Assembly: GCA_964558715.1 (NCBI GenBank)
Contig: CAZLFD010000004.1
Location: forward strand, 1,257 to 65,256
Source of the DNA: an uncultured Candidatus Peribacteria bacterium
GTDB taxonomy: Bacteria; Patescibacteriota; Gracilibacteria; CAIRYL01; GCA-016699755
DNA length: 64,000 nucleotides
Direction: 5' to 3'
Shown: positions 55,495 through 64,000 of the stretch, in pieces
Numbering within the stretch: position 1 is the first letter of the stretch
Layout of the letters: each line of letters starts with the position of its first letter
Notes under the pieces: generated by a model
Database searches by the model: none
Told to the model about the DNA's origin: nothing
What the model saw: only the letters and a program-made list of their open reading frames with translations
Made by a program: the position numbers and the translations under genes

Positions 55495-56925
55495 TTAGTT
55501 TCGGGCATCGCGAGTGCGCAGATCTGAAAGCAGATTCTCAAAATATACCTGAAAATCATCGTCGATCACATAAATGTCAGCGCGTACTCTCAGTCGCGTA
55601 TCATCTCCGCTATCGATGACAATGCCACCATTCAGAAAAACAAAAGTCGCCTTACGGTCAACGGTTGTATCGACCACATTTGAAACCAATTCATCGTTTA
55701 TCTCAACAAAAAGATTTTTCAGACCGCCATCATCGATGCCGTCAAACGACAGAACCATCGATTCTATAATCGCGCTTTCCTCGCCAGAGATCTCGGAGAT
55801 CTTGATCCGCGCCACATCGGCACGTTTGCGGACGTAGTATAACGGTGCGCGTGTCGGTTCGAATTCCACATTTAGTTCGGCAGTTATCGAATTAACGGCA
55901 CCGATCATGTTGCTCGAAATGGGAAACTGGCCCTGAATGGCGATAGGTTCACCAGATTCTTTGCCAATGAGCAGAATGGAATCCGTATTTTCTATCACTA
56001 ACTGATGATTTCCATCACCACTTTCGGCATCCATGTCGGCAGCAATTACGATGTTTCTTGTCTCCCCTGCCGCGATTTCGACCGGTTCATAGCTGATATT
56101 CAGTTCGGCGATATGGTCATCGGCAAAACTACGTCGCGAACCGTAGCGCGCGCCATCCACCAATACTTTTACGCCGATAAAATCCTTTTCGCTGCCCAGA
56201 CCTTTGCGCCGAATGGTAATACCTTCCAAACCCACTGCCTCGGTCGTGGGCGCGGAGATGGCAATCTCTAAAAAGCGTACATTCGATGCATTGCGTGGAA
56301 TCGCACCAGGCGGGAAGAACCCGGGAGCCAAACTGACGTTTGCATAGTCTCGCTCAGGAACAGGTGTGATTTCTGCTTGCGTTTGCTCCTCTACCTCCAC
56401 GATGTCTTGTTCGCAGACCGTGCCATATTGTTGGATAGAATTTGCAGCTAGTAACCAATCTTCCATTTTTAATTCAGTCAGCGGCTGATGCGGCAAAAAT
56501 ACTATCCGCTCAGATCGATGTAGACAGAGCGTGGTTGCTGTTTGAATATACGGTGCAAACCACATTTCCTCTTTTATATCCAGAAACGGAATTGCAGTGT
56601 TCTCTGCCTCCGTCTCAATCTCTAAAAGTGTGAGGATGACTTTCAGCGCTTCCGCACGCGTAACTGCTCGATCAGGCACAAAGAGGCGATGATCAGGAAG
56701 GCTGATTGCACCTTGCTCGAGTGCGAATTCGATAAACGGAGCATTTTTATCTGTAGCCGAAATATCAAGAAAGCGAGTGTTTTGATTCGTTAATTGTTCA
56801 CCTGGGAAGAGGGTGCTCACCACCTCACGCACAAGATCTCCGCGAGTAATGATATTCGATTCAGCTAATGAATGCGGTAAAAAAGTAGTGTAAATAAGCG
56901 CAATGCAAAGAAAGATTTTTTTCAT
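55495..56925 (-). CDS. SLH-domain-like cell-surface protein
   Basis: Signal peptide 'MKKIFLCIALIYTTFLPHSLA'. Two SLH-like units ('FLDISATDKNAPFIEFALEQGAIS...FVPDRAVTRAEALKVILTL', 'FLDIKEEMWFAPYIQTA'), then a ~300-aa probable beta-rich domain. The ORF opens at 56949. Confidence 0.55.
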   Translation of the reverse strand: MKKIFLCIALIYTTFLPHSLAESNIITRGDLVREVVSTLFPGEQLTNQNTRFLDISATDKNAPFIEFALEQGAISLPDHRLFVPDRAVTRAEALKVILTLLEIETEAENTAIPFLDIKEEMWFAPYIQTATTLCLHRSERIVFLPHQPLTELKMEDWLLAANSIQQYGTVCEQDIVEVEEQTQAEITPVPERDYANVSLAPGFFPPGAIPRNASNVRFLEIAISAPTTEAVGLEGITIRRKGLGSEKDFIGVKVLVDGARYGSRRSFADDHIAELNISYEPVEIAAGETRNIVIAADMDAESGDGNHQLVIENTDSILLIGKESGEPIAIQGQFPISSNMIGAVNSITAELNVEFEPTRAPLYYVRKRADVARIKISEISGEESAIIESMVLSFDGIDDGGLKNLFVEINDELVSNVVDTTVDRKATFVFLNGGIVIDSGDDTRLRVRADIYVIDDDFQVYFENLLSDLRTRDARN

Positions 56926-57036
56926 GATCAGCAGATAAAACCACGCCAAAGAGTATGCTTTGCAGCAAAAGTTGCAAGCCCTGTTTTTTCAAAATACAAC
57001 GTGTCAGAATACCCCGTGCATCATTCCGTTTATAAA

Positions 57037-58140
57037 ATGAACAGATTCATCAAAATCCTTTTCACTCTCACATTACTCCTCTTTGCACAAGGAGCATCTG
57101 CCCAAGATGCTGCTTTTTACCGCGCCACTGTGACGGAAGTAGAGGAATCGGGCGAGAACGAATTCGGTGAATATCAGTTGTTGCAAATCGAGCTTGATGA
57201 AGGGCCGCAAGTCGGTGAGCGGTTTACAATCGAGGCGGGAGATATGTTTAACGAATCCGCCTCTAAAAATCTGCAACCGGGCGACCGCATTGTGGTGCGC
57301 ACTGATGAACTGGGAAATATGATGTTTGTGGAAAAATATCGTTTTGAGCGGATTATTTTTTTAATTCTTCTGTTCGCTGGCTTGTGTGTAATGATGGCGC
57401 GAAAGCGCGGGTTTTATGCTCTGATCGGGCTCGGGTTTACCGTGCTTGTTATCACCTTGTTTCTGCTGCCAGCGATTGCCGCAGGTAAGAGCTTGCTCCT
57501 CTTTGGTGGCATTTCGCTCGTAGTGATTACAGCCGTAGCGGTTGTGTTTTCGCATGGTGTACGCGCTACTACGATGATCGCCGTGTTGGGCATTGTACTC
57601 ACTATGTTAGGCGCTGCGTTGCTGGCGGTATTGGCGAGTCAATTTGCTTTTCTCTTTGGTGTAGGTAACGAGACAATTTTGCATGTGCAATTAGCGGGCA
57701 TGGAGTTTCTCGACTTTAGGGGTTTGTTTTTACTGGGTGTGCTGCTTGGCGCCCTCGGTGTACTCGATGATGTTACAACCGCGCAGGCAAGCGTAGTAGC
57801 AGAGCTGAAGCGGGCAAACCCCAAATACTCGGCATCCGAACTTTTTCGAAGTGCGAGTAGTGTGGGGCAAGAACACATGATCGCCATGATCAACACACTG
57901 TTTTTGGCGTATGCCGGAGTATCGTTCCCATTACTTCTGCTGTTTTATGTCGATAGCATCCCGGTGTGGGCATTTGTCAATAGTGAGATGATCGCCGAAG
58001 AGATCGTCCGTACTTTGGTGGGCAGTATCGCTTTGCTTTTTTCGGTGCCGCTTACGACTTTTTTGGCTTCGCTGTATTTTTCGAACCGGACTCCTCTCCA
58101 TGAGGAGGGCCATTCTCATTCGCACTCTTCTCTGCATTGA
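57037..58140 (+). CDS. YibE/F-like polytopic membrane protein with His-rich C-terminus
   Basis: Signal/TM, a ~90-aa extracytoplasmic domain, then 6-7 TM helices with 'GVLDDVTTAQASVV'. The tail is 'HEEGHSHSHSSLH'. The ORF opens at a GTG at 57001. Confidence 0.45.
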   Translation: MNRFIKILFTLTLLLFAQGASAQDAAFYRATVTEVEESGENEFGEYQLLQIELDEGPQVGERFTIEAGDMFNESASKNLQPGDRIVVRTDELGNMMFVEKYRFERIIFLILLFAGLCVMMARKRGFYALIGLGFTVLVITLFLLPAIAAGKSLLLFGGISLVVITAVAVVFSHGVRATTMIAVLGIVLTMLGAALLAVLASQFAFLFGVGNETILHVQLAGMEFLDFRGLFLLGVLLGALGVLDDVTTAQASVVAELKRANPKYSASELFRSASSVGQEHMIAMINTLFLAYAGVSFPLLLLFYVDSIPVWAFVNSEMIAEEIVRTLVGSIALLFSVPLTTFLASLYFSNRTPLHEEGHSHSHSSLH

Positions 58141-59188
58141 GCTTCGTGATCTTCACTTTGTGTTTTGTGATTTTCTCGTTCGCTTCAGTAAGTTCACGTT
58201 CAAGCTGGCGATTTCGGCGTTGCAGACGCGCCACGACTTGGTCGATCTTTTCACCGCTTTCTTCGGCATGAGCTTTGATCGCCTCAAATTCTGTTTTCAT
58301 TTTACGCTGTATCACTTGTTCACGTTGCTTTGTCACTTCTCTGTAAAAAGAGGCACCCAATAACCCCGTAGGCAGGGCAAATATTCCTACGCCGAGCACC
58401 GCTGCGACAGAACCGAGTATTTTGCCAAGCGGAGTTAATGGAACCATATCACCATAGCCGATAGTCGTGAGCGTGGCGACACCCCACCAAAATGTCGCGG
58501 GGATGCTGGTAAACTGCGTGCCATCAACCTTGTTTTCTACGGCGTAGAGTGCCGCCGAGGTGATAAACAGCGACATCACCATAATCCCAAAGATAGCGAC
58601 GAGCTCTTCTTTTTCGCGCTTCAAAACGGCAAGGATCCTATCGAGTGCAATAGAGTACGGGGCCAGGCGCATGATCCGGAAAATACGCACCAACCGGAAA
58701 ATCCTGATCCAGCGCGCATCGAAGAAGAAAAAAGTCTGCAGATAAAACGGAATGATTACTACCAAGTCAAACAGCATCGGCAGACTGAATGTATAGCGTA
58801 TTCTCCCGAACCGCTGATTGTATCTCTTTTTCATGTTCCCCACCCACAGGCGCAGTATGTATTCGAGCGTAAAAATAAGTACCGATATCGTCTCAAACCA
58901 TTTAAAGAACTGGAAAAACTGTGCCTCGACTTCTGCCACTGTTTCGAGCGCCGAGAACACGACATTGATGAAAATCAACAAAAATAAGCTATATTCGAGC
59001 AATTTTCCCAGTTGGGTTTTACTGCGAAATTCGAAGTAATCATGCACATGCTGCCGAAAAGTTTCGATGGCGGCCACAAGTTGAAAAAGAGAGCGAATCC
59101 TCACAGTATAGCAAAATCCTGGAAAAATCGGAAATGCTTGCCAAATCCTCCGAAATTCCTCCAAGCTATTTTTCAGAAATTTTTCCAA
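58052..59188 (-). CDS. Voltage-gated-type potassium channel (6TM) with C-terminal coiled coil
   Basis: S4 'RWIRIFRLVRIFRIMRL', selectivity filter 'TLTTIGYGD', and a C-terminal heptad-rich segment. Confidence 0.8.
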   Translation of the reverse strand: MEKFLKNSLEEFRRIWQAFPIFPGFCYTVRIRSLFQLVAAIETFRQHVHDYFEFRSKTQLGKLLEYSLFLLIFINVVFSALETVAEVEAQFFQFFKWFETISVLIFTLEYILRLWVGNMKKRYNQRFGRIRYTFSLPMLFDLVVIIPFYLQTFFFFDARWIRIFRLVRIFRIMRLAPYSIALDRILAVLKREKEELVAIFGIMVMSLFITSAALYAVENKVDGTQFTSIPATFWWGVATLTTIGYGDMVPLTPLGKILGSVAAVLGVGIFALPTGLLGASFYREVTKQREQVIQRKMKTEFEAIKAHAEESGEKIDQVVARLQRRNRQLERELTEANEKITKHKVKITKLNAEKSANENGPPHGEESGSKNTAKPKKS

Positions 59189-59195
59189 ATCAAAG

Positions 59196-59465
59196 ATGCC
59201 GACCTATGACTATCGTTGTAACAAGTGCGCTCATCGATTCAGTAAGAATATGCCCATCGGTACAAAGGTGGTGGAATGCGAAACATGCGGCGAGCCAGCG
59301 ACAAAAGTTTTTGTTGCTCCCGCAGTGCATTTTAGCGGCAGCGGCTTTTATGCGATTGATAGCAAACAAAAAGCAAATCCAGAATCTTCATCTGTGAACG
59401 CTGCTCCGACTGATTCGGAATCTACGAAGCCATGCTGTGGTGGGGATGTGAATCGCAAAAAATAA
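59196..59465 (+). CDS. FmdB-family zinc-ribbon protein
   Basis: 'MPTYDYRCNKCAHRF...CETCG'. Confidence 0.7.
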   Translation: MPTYDYRCNKCAHRFSKNMPIGTKVVECETCGEPATKVFVAPAVHFSGSGFYAIDSKQKANPESSSVNAAPTDSESTKPCCGGDVNRKK

Positions 59466-59504
59466 TGGGTCATGACGAGAACAGAGACATAAGAATATAG
59501 CAAT

Positions 59505-59815
59505 AATGTCCCTAAGGAGCAGAAAAATAAGTACAAAAAACGTAGCAAGATTTCTGAGCAGAAATTCAGAGAAATGGGGTGCTATTTTGCAGCCGATAAA
59601 ATAGCAGAATTCACTGGACTCAACCGAAATACGATCAATAGATACCTTCTCAAGATACGAGAAAAGATCGCTGCTTTTTGTGAATCAGAATCACCATTTA
59701 AAGGAGAAGTAGAAGGAGACGAGAGCTTCTTTGGAGCAAGGCGTAGAAAAGAAACAGAGGGCGCGGAGCTTATGGAAAGACGACTATTCTCGTCTTGACC
59801 CTAGTAAAAAATATG
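59505..59815 (+). mobile_element. Degraded N-terminal remnant of an IS1595 (ISXO2-like) transposase
   Basis: 'ISEQKFREMGCYFAADKIAEFTGLNRNTINRYLLKIREKIA...FKGEVEGDESFFGARR' matches the HTH and start of the DDE domain. The expected continuation 'KRNRGRGAYGKT' is only found in another frame after a stop. The element then ends abruptly at the gdhA 3' end. No inverted repeats were seen. Confidence 0.55.
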
Positions 59816-61087
59816 TCAAATCCTTCCGCGTAAGCGCATGGCGGCATCGATGCGTTCAAGCGCGCAAACGAAAGCAGCCTGGCGAAGGGTTACTTTTTCG
59901 CACACCTCTTTGTTCGCATCATCGAGAGATGCCGTGCAGCGGACTTGCGCAGCAAATACAGCATCGAGCGCGTTTTCCATGATTTTCTGCAAGCGGCGTT
60001 GCACTTTATTGGCACTCCAATAAAAGTTGGCTTCATTCTGAACGAGTTCAAAGTATGAGACAACGACTCCTCCGGCATTGGCAAGAATGTCTGGAATCAC
60101 ATCGATACCTTTACTGGCAAGTGTGCGGTCGGCTTCAATAGTGACTGGGCCATTGGCTAATTCTACTACAAACCCAGCTTGGATGGAATCGACATTATCG
60201 TGGCGCACCTCGTTTTCGCGCGCGGCAAGAAACAGCACATCACAAGGCATGGCGAGCAGATCTTCGTTGCTGACTTTCAGCGCGTCATCATAATCTTGCA
60301 CAACACCGCCTTTGTGAGCTTTGATCTGCGTGACTTTTTTTACGTCAATCCCCTTTTGATTGTAAATACCCCCACCGGAGTCCGAAACCCCTAGTACTTG
60401 GATGCCCTTGTCTTCCAAAAATTGTGCGACAAACGAGCCGGCATTGCCGAAGCCTTGTACGATTGCGGTTTTGACCTGCTTTCCAGTTTTCTCGAGATAT
60501 TTATCGAAGACATAAATACCGCCTTGCGCTGTGGCAGAATCGCGCCCGAGCGAGCCACCAAGTGGCAACGGTTTGCCGGTAAAGACGCCTAATGTATTTT
60601 GCCCTTCGAGAGTCGAAAATTCATCGACTGCCCAAGCCATGATCTGCGGATTGGTATACATATCGGGGGCTGGAACATCTTTTTTTGGCCCGATGATCGG
60701 CGCAATCGCTTTAACGTAGCCGCGTGTCAAGCGCTCGAGTTCGCCTTGGGAAAGCTCTTTCGTGTTTACCTTTACGCCACCCTTACCACCACCAAGCGGA
60801 ATGTTCACAACGGCGCACTTCACACTCATCCAAGCGGCAAGTGCTTGAACTTCATCTAAATCGACCGCCAACGCATAGCGGATACCACCCTTGGCCGGGC
60901 CGCGTACGGTGCTGTGTTGCACGCGATAACCTTCGTACACCTTGATCTTTCCGTCATCCATGCGCACTGGGATCGAAACCTGCAGAATCCGTTCGGGGTG
61001 CTCAAGAATACGGCGGGAATCATCTGTTAAACCAACGAGATTGGCAGCATCTTCCATTTGCTGTAGTGTTTGTTGAAACAAGGACAT
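59816..61087 (-). CDS. gdhA: Glutamate dehydrogenase (Glu/Leu/Phe/Val dehydrogenase family)
   Basis: 'KGGIRY', 'LGGGKGG', Rossmann 'VQGFGNAGS', ~420 aa. Confidence 0.85.
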   Translation of the reverse strand: MSLFQQTLQQMEDAANLVGLTDDSRRILEHPERILQVSIPVRMDDGKIKVYEGYRVQHSTVRGPAKGGIRYALAVDLDEVQALAAWMSVKCAVVNIPLGGGKGGVKVNTKELSQGELERLTRGYVKAIAPIIGPKKDVPAPDMYTNPQIMAWAVDEFSTLEGQNTLGVFTGKPLPLGGSLGRDSATAQGGIYVFDKYLEKTGKQVKTAIVQGFGNAGSFVAQFLEDKGIQVLGVSDSGGGIYNQKGIDVKKVTQIKAHKGGVVQDYDDALKVSNEDLLAMPCDVLFLAARENEVRHDNVDSIQAGFVVELANGPVTIEADRTLASKGIDVIPDILANAGGVVVSYFELVQNEANFYWSANKVQRRLQKIMENALDAVFAAQVRCTASLDDANKEVCEKVTLRQAAFVCALERIDAAMRLRGRI

Positions 61088-61135
61088 CGGAAACTAAGAA
61101 AGAAAATTTTTGCGCTCACATTAGCAAAACGCAAA

Positions 61136-61155
61136 GAAAAGAAAAGAAAAGAAAA
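61136..61155. repeat. (GAAAA)4 pentanucleotide repeat, i.e. (TTTTC)4 on the gdhA-sense strand
   Basis: Four perfect tandem units 49-68 nt upstream of the gdhA start codon. Confidence 0.9.
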
Positions 61156-61233
61156 GGGATTATTGCGTAACATAGGTGACGAACAGCTTTCGTCAAGCAA
61201 GCATAGGGGTACGATGCTCGCGCCTTTTATCCA

Positions 61234-62739
61234 CTATTTCGAAATATGCGCACGGATAATCTCACCTGCTTTTGCCGAGTTCTCGACTGATAAATTGGGG
61301 AGCGAGGCGCGTACAAAGCGACTTCGGTCATCTTTTTTTCTATCGGCTTCTGAAAAGAACTTATTCGCCGGCATCAACACGACTCTTTGCTCCGCCAGTT
61401 CGGTAAGTACCTGCTCGATGGGTTTTTGTGCAGTTTGCGGCCCCTCTAAATTCCGCAGATCGATGGTTCCGTAGTAGCTGTTTTGTGGCTGCGGTAGACC
61501 CATCGCTTTGTAAAACGCTTCTACTTTTTTGCGTAAAGTCTCAGCATACGCTTTGCGCTCTTCTTTGCCAAGGATAATGTGACAGAGCCCCAATATTTGT
61601 GATGGTCCGGCAACGCCAGAAATATGCTGAAAGACACCGATGGTGCGGCCGCCAGAAGATTTACAGAGAAACATAAACCAGCGAAAGTCGCCGTACTTTT
61701 CCACAAAACCCGGGCATTCTGGCTCGATTATCTCTTTCGCGATGAATTCACGGGTAATCGCCGGTAGATAGGCGTCTCCTAAGCGTACTCCGGTGGCACG
61801 TTCGATTTTGGATAATGCGTTCAGGCGTACGGTGCGTTTTTTAGCTCCGGGCATATGGATGATGCTTTCTTTGCCTTCAAAGAACTCGGCATAGACTTCA
61901 TCGGAAAGGATGATGGAGTTGCTCGTTTCGGCGATTTCGGCGATTTTTTCGAGAATCGATTGCGAAAGCGCGAACCCAGTCGGATTATTCGGATCGATCA
62001 TAATGATTGCCTTGATCCGTTGTTTGTGTTTGCGCGCTTTCTCAAAACTATCTTCATCGAGCTCGCCGGTTTCTGGGTCGATAGAAATATTCACGAGGTT
62101 GAGTCCCCTATCTTCAATAAATTGGGTATACGGCGCGTATACCGGCGAGATCATCAGCACGCTGTCGCCCCTGCGCAAAAAACCAACACCTTCTTCGCCG
62201 AGCCCTTTAAAAAACATGCCCACACCCTGCGAAGCGCCGTTTAGCATCAAGACATCTTCAAAGTTGACCGCAAAGCCGAATTCCCTGCTGCGCTCATCGG
62301 CAATCGCCATGCGAACGATCATCTCACCCCAGCTGTTTGGGTAACGGCCGCCACTGAGAATTGAGAACTTAAAGATGTCGAAGATAATCTCCTGACGCGA
62401 TTTTGGATATCCCTGCTCCGTAGTTATCCGCTCTAGTTCATCCAAAAAATAATCCAACTCTTCGAGCAAAGCTTCTGCCAATTCTACTGTATACGATTGC
62501 TCAGCAATATCCGCAATGGTATCGAGAACCTGATCGATGTCTGTTTGGCCACCAGAACCAAAATGCACTTCGGTCTGATTATTGTTGAGATGCGTATCAA
62601 TGAGCAAAAGAAACGAGAAGAAGCGCCGACTGCGCGTGCTAGGCGCAAAGCCGTAACCGGGTTCACCTTGCGAAATATCAAGAATACCGAGTTCACCGTG
62701 CTTTTCTACCGCCTTGCGCCGCAGTGAACGGAAGGCCAA
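61234..62739 (-). CDS. Large class I/II PLP-dependent aminotransferase (AsdA-like size)
   Basis: 501 aa. 'LDISQGEPGYG', 'MLNGASQG', 'ISPVYAPY', 'IIMIDPNNPTG', 'LNALSKIERATGVRLG' (PLP lysine context). Confidence 0.65.
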   Translation of the reverse strand: MAFRSLRRKAVEKHGELGILDISQGEPGYGFAPSTRSRRFFSFLLLIDTHLNNNQTEVHFGSGGQTDIDQVLDTIADIAEQSYTVELAEALLEELDYFLDELERITTEQGYPKSRQEIIFDIFKFSILSGGRYPNSWGEMIVRMAIADERSREFGFAVNFEDVLMLNGASQGVGMFFKGLGEEGVGFLRRGDSVLMISPVYAPYTQFIEDRGLNLVNISIDPETGELDEDSFEKARKHKQRIKAIIMIDPNNPTGFALSQSILEKIAEIAETSNSIILSDEVYAEFFEGKESIIHMPGAKKRTVRLNALSKIERATGVRLGDAYLPAITREFIAKEIIEPECPGFVEKYGDFRWFMFLCKSSGGRTIGVFQHISGVAGPSQILGLCHIILGKEERKAYAETLRKKVEAFYKAMGLPQPQNSYYGTIDLRNLEGPQTAQKPIEQVLTELAEQRVVLMPANKFFSEADRKKDDRSRFVRASLPNLSVENSAKAGEIIRAHISK

Positions 62740-62779
62740 AAACGGCGGTGTCTCGTGTACATCCCAGCCCCACTTGTTA

Positions 62780-63290
62780 TCAAGAAACTTCAGCTACTTT
62801 AAAAAATCGCATTTCAGGTTGCCAGAAAACAGGCAAGTGGTCAAAAAAATCACGCAGAGCTTCTATATGCTTTTTGACAGTTGCATCGATTATTGTTGAG
62901 ATTTCCCCTTTCGAGACATGTCGCTTACGCTGCATTTCGCGAACAGGTCGTAGTTCTAGCGGCGCACCAGATACCTCAGATATGTTGCAATACCAAGAGG
63001 CTCGGTTCGGCGTATTTTAGACCACAAATTATTTTTCTGCGAATATGGAGGAGCAATAAGCCATACACATATCCTTTTTCGCACCAAACTGCTTCTATCA
63101 AGTTTTCAGTAAATGCTGCGGGCATAACACCGTTGTCTACCAGTTCAACAACATTCTCAGATTTTTGAGCTGTAACCAATAGGCAAGGATGGTATATCTC
63201 TGCCTGAGTACAACATAGAATCCGTGTGCCGTATCCATCCATCTCTGAATTCATCTTCGAAGGTCTAATTGTGAATTTGTAGACCATCAA
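62780..63290 (-). pseudogene. Possible frameshifted gene of unknown function
   Basis: The 104-aa ORF (62976-63290) ends at TGA. A second minus-strand frame continues directly with about 64 more codons ('VSGAPLELRPVREMQRKRHVSKGEISTIIDATVKKHIEALRDFFDHL...') to a stop at 62780. Confidence 0.3.
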
Positions 63291-63396
63291 CAGCGATTCT
63301 GCCTCTATTATTTGCAGCGTTAGACAACACTAATGCAAGAAAAGACCGGGCATCTAAACCAAAGATGCATTTATGCTGTATATTACCGTATATATC

Positions 63397-63427
63397 AAAA
63401 AAACCGGTAACTCTCGTCACCGGTTTT
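63397..63427 (-). terminator. Intrinsic terminator downstream of gap
   Basis: Minus-strand AAACCGGT-gacgagagtt-ACCGGTTT followed by TTTTTTT... (the arms include flanking A/T). It lies 26 nt after the gap stop codon. Confidence 0.65.
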
Positions 63428-63452
63428 CTTACTCATTGAAATAAGATGTCGA

Positions 63453-64000
63453 TTACCTCTTGCTTACCATTACCGCAAGCTCAGCCAAGCGCAGGGCATA
63501 GCCCCATTCATTATCGTACCAGGCAAGCAGTTTGGCCATGTTTCCCATAGTCGAAGTAGCAAGCCCGTCGACAATAGTGCTGCGGTCATCACCAAGAAAA
63601 TCGCGCGAGACAAGCGGGCGCTCTTCGTAGCCGAGAATACCCTTAAGTTCACCTTCTGAGGCCGCCTTAAGAGCGGCATTGATTTCTTCGGCACTGGCTT
63701 CTTTTGCAAGAGTGACCGTGAGGTCTACCACAGAAACATCTGGCGTTGGTACGCGGATTGCGAGGCCGTTGAGTTTCCCTTTTAATTCTGGAATCACGAG
63801 GCCAACGGCTTTAGCCGCACCGGTAGAGGTTGGTACCATAGAAAGATTGGCAGCACGAGCGCGACGCAGGTCGCTATGTGGTGCATCGAGCAAGCGCTGG
63901 TCGCCGGTGTAACTGTGGATAGTTGTCATGAGTCCGCTCAATATCCCGAATTTTTCGTGGAGCACTTTCGCGACAGGGGCAAGCCCGTTAGTAGTACAGC
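63453..64000 (-). CDS. gap: Glyceraldehyde-3-phosphate dehydrogenase (5' end outside window)
   Basis: The frame stays open to the window edge ('[19 protein letters not shown]', then '[14 protein letters not shown]', 'STGAAKAVG', 'WYDNEWGY'). Confidence 0.9.
   Translation of the reverse strand, partial: CTTNGLAPVAKVLHEKFGILSGLMTTIHSYTGDQRLLDAPHSDLRRARAANLSMVPTSTGAAKAVGLVIPELKGKLNGLAIRVPTPDVSVVDLTVTLAKEASAEEINAALKAASEGELKGILGYEERPLVSRDFLGDDRSTIVDGLATSTMGNMAKLLAWYDNEWGYALRLAELAVMVSKR

Noticed and set aside
1-64000. Possible alternative genetic code (UGA recoding as in some candidate phyla), CRISPR arrays, rRNA genes
   Set aside because: Conserved genes (infB, pyrG, recG, dnaX, thyA) translate without interruption under the standard code. 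TGA serves as the stop of several well-bounded genes (e.g. infB, purN, pabB). I saw no spaced direct-repeat array and no rRNA-like sequence.

Overview
Dense (roughly 90% coding) 64-kb chromosomal segment read with the standard bacterial code: long ORFs are uninterrupted and TGA, TAA and TAG all act as stops. I can support about 55-60 protein genes, three tRNAs that each encode their 3' CCA (Gln-CUG, Cys-GCA, Leu-UAA), several intrinsic-terminator hairpins, one simple-sequence repeat, one transposase remnant and two frameshift-degraded genes. I saw no rRNA, CRISPR array, intact transposase or integrase. Most genes are housekeeping. Translation and replication: infB, rplS, dnaX, holB, recG and a DnaQ-DinG-like protein. 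Nucleotide and folate metabolism: pyrB-pyrC, pyrG, purN, thyA-folA, pabB, a class IV aminotransferase and 5-formyl-THF cyclo-ligase. Amino-acid metabolism: thrC, gdhA, a large aminotransferase and a partial gap. There is also a zur-znuACB zinc-uptake operon. Envelope genes include GT4, a FemAB-like protein, a CsaB-like pyruvyl transferase, secF, DsbA-like and thioredoxin-like lipoproteins, and an Lgt-like protein. Weak Shine-Dalgarno signals, long acidic tails on L19 and the DHH phosphoesterase, and many small membrane or orphan proteins suggest a small-genome, possibly CPR/Patescibacteria (Peregrinibacteria-like) organism. That taxonomic call is inference only. Three items stand out. (1) A duplicated two-gene module (14320-17366 and 52282-55435) encodes a ~600-aa signal-peptide, Cys-rich protein plus a ~400-aa membrane-anchored protein with no family I recognise. 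The second copy lies between an SLH-domain protein gene and secF. (2) Next to tRNA-Gln sits a gene for a protein with nine treble-clef zinc-ribbon repeats around a PD-(D/E)XK-like core, followed by a 220-aa protein with a HEPN-like Rx5H motif. (3) There are unusual domain architectures: ThrC fused to a LeuA-type allosteric domain, and a DnaQ exonuclease fused to a DinG-like module that lacks ATPase motifs. All functional calls come from motif recognition by eye; no searches were run.
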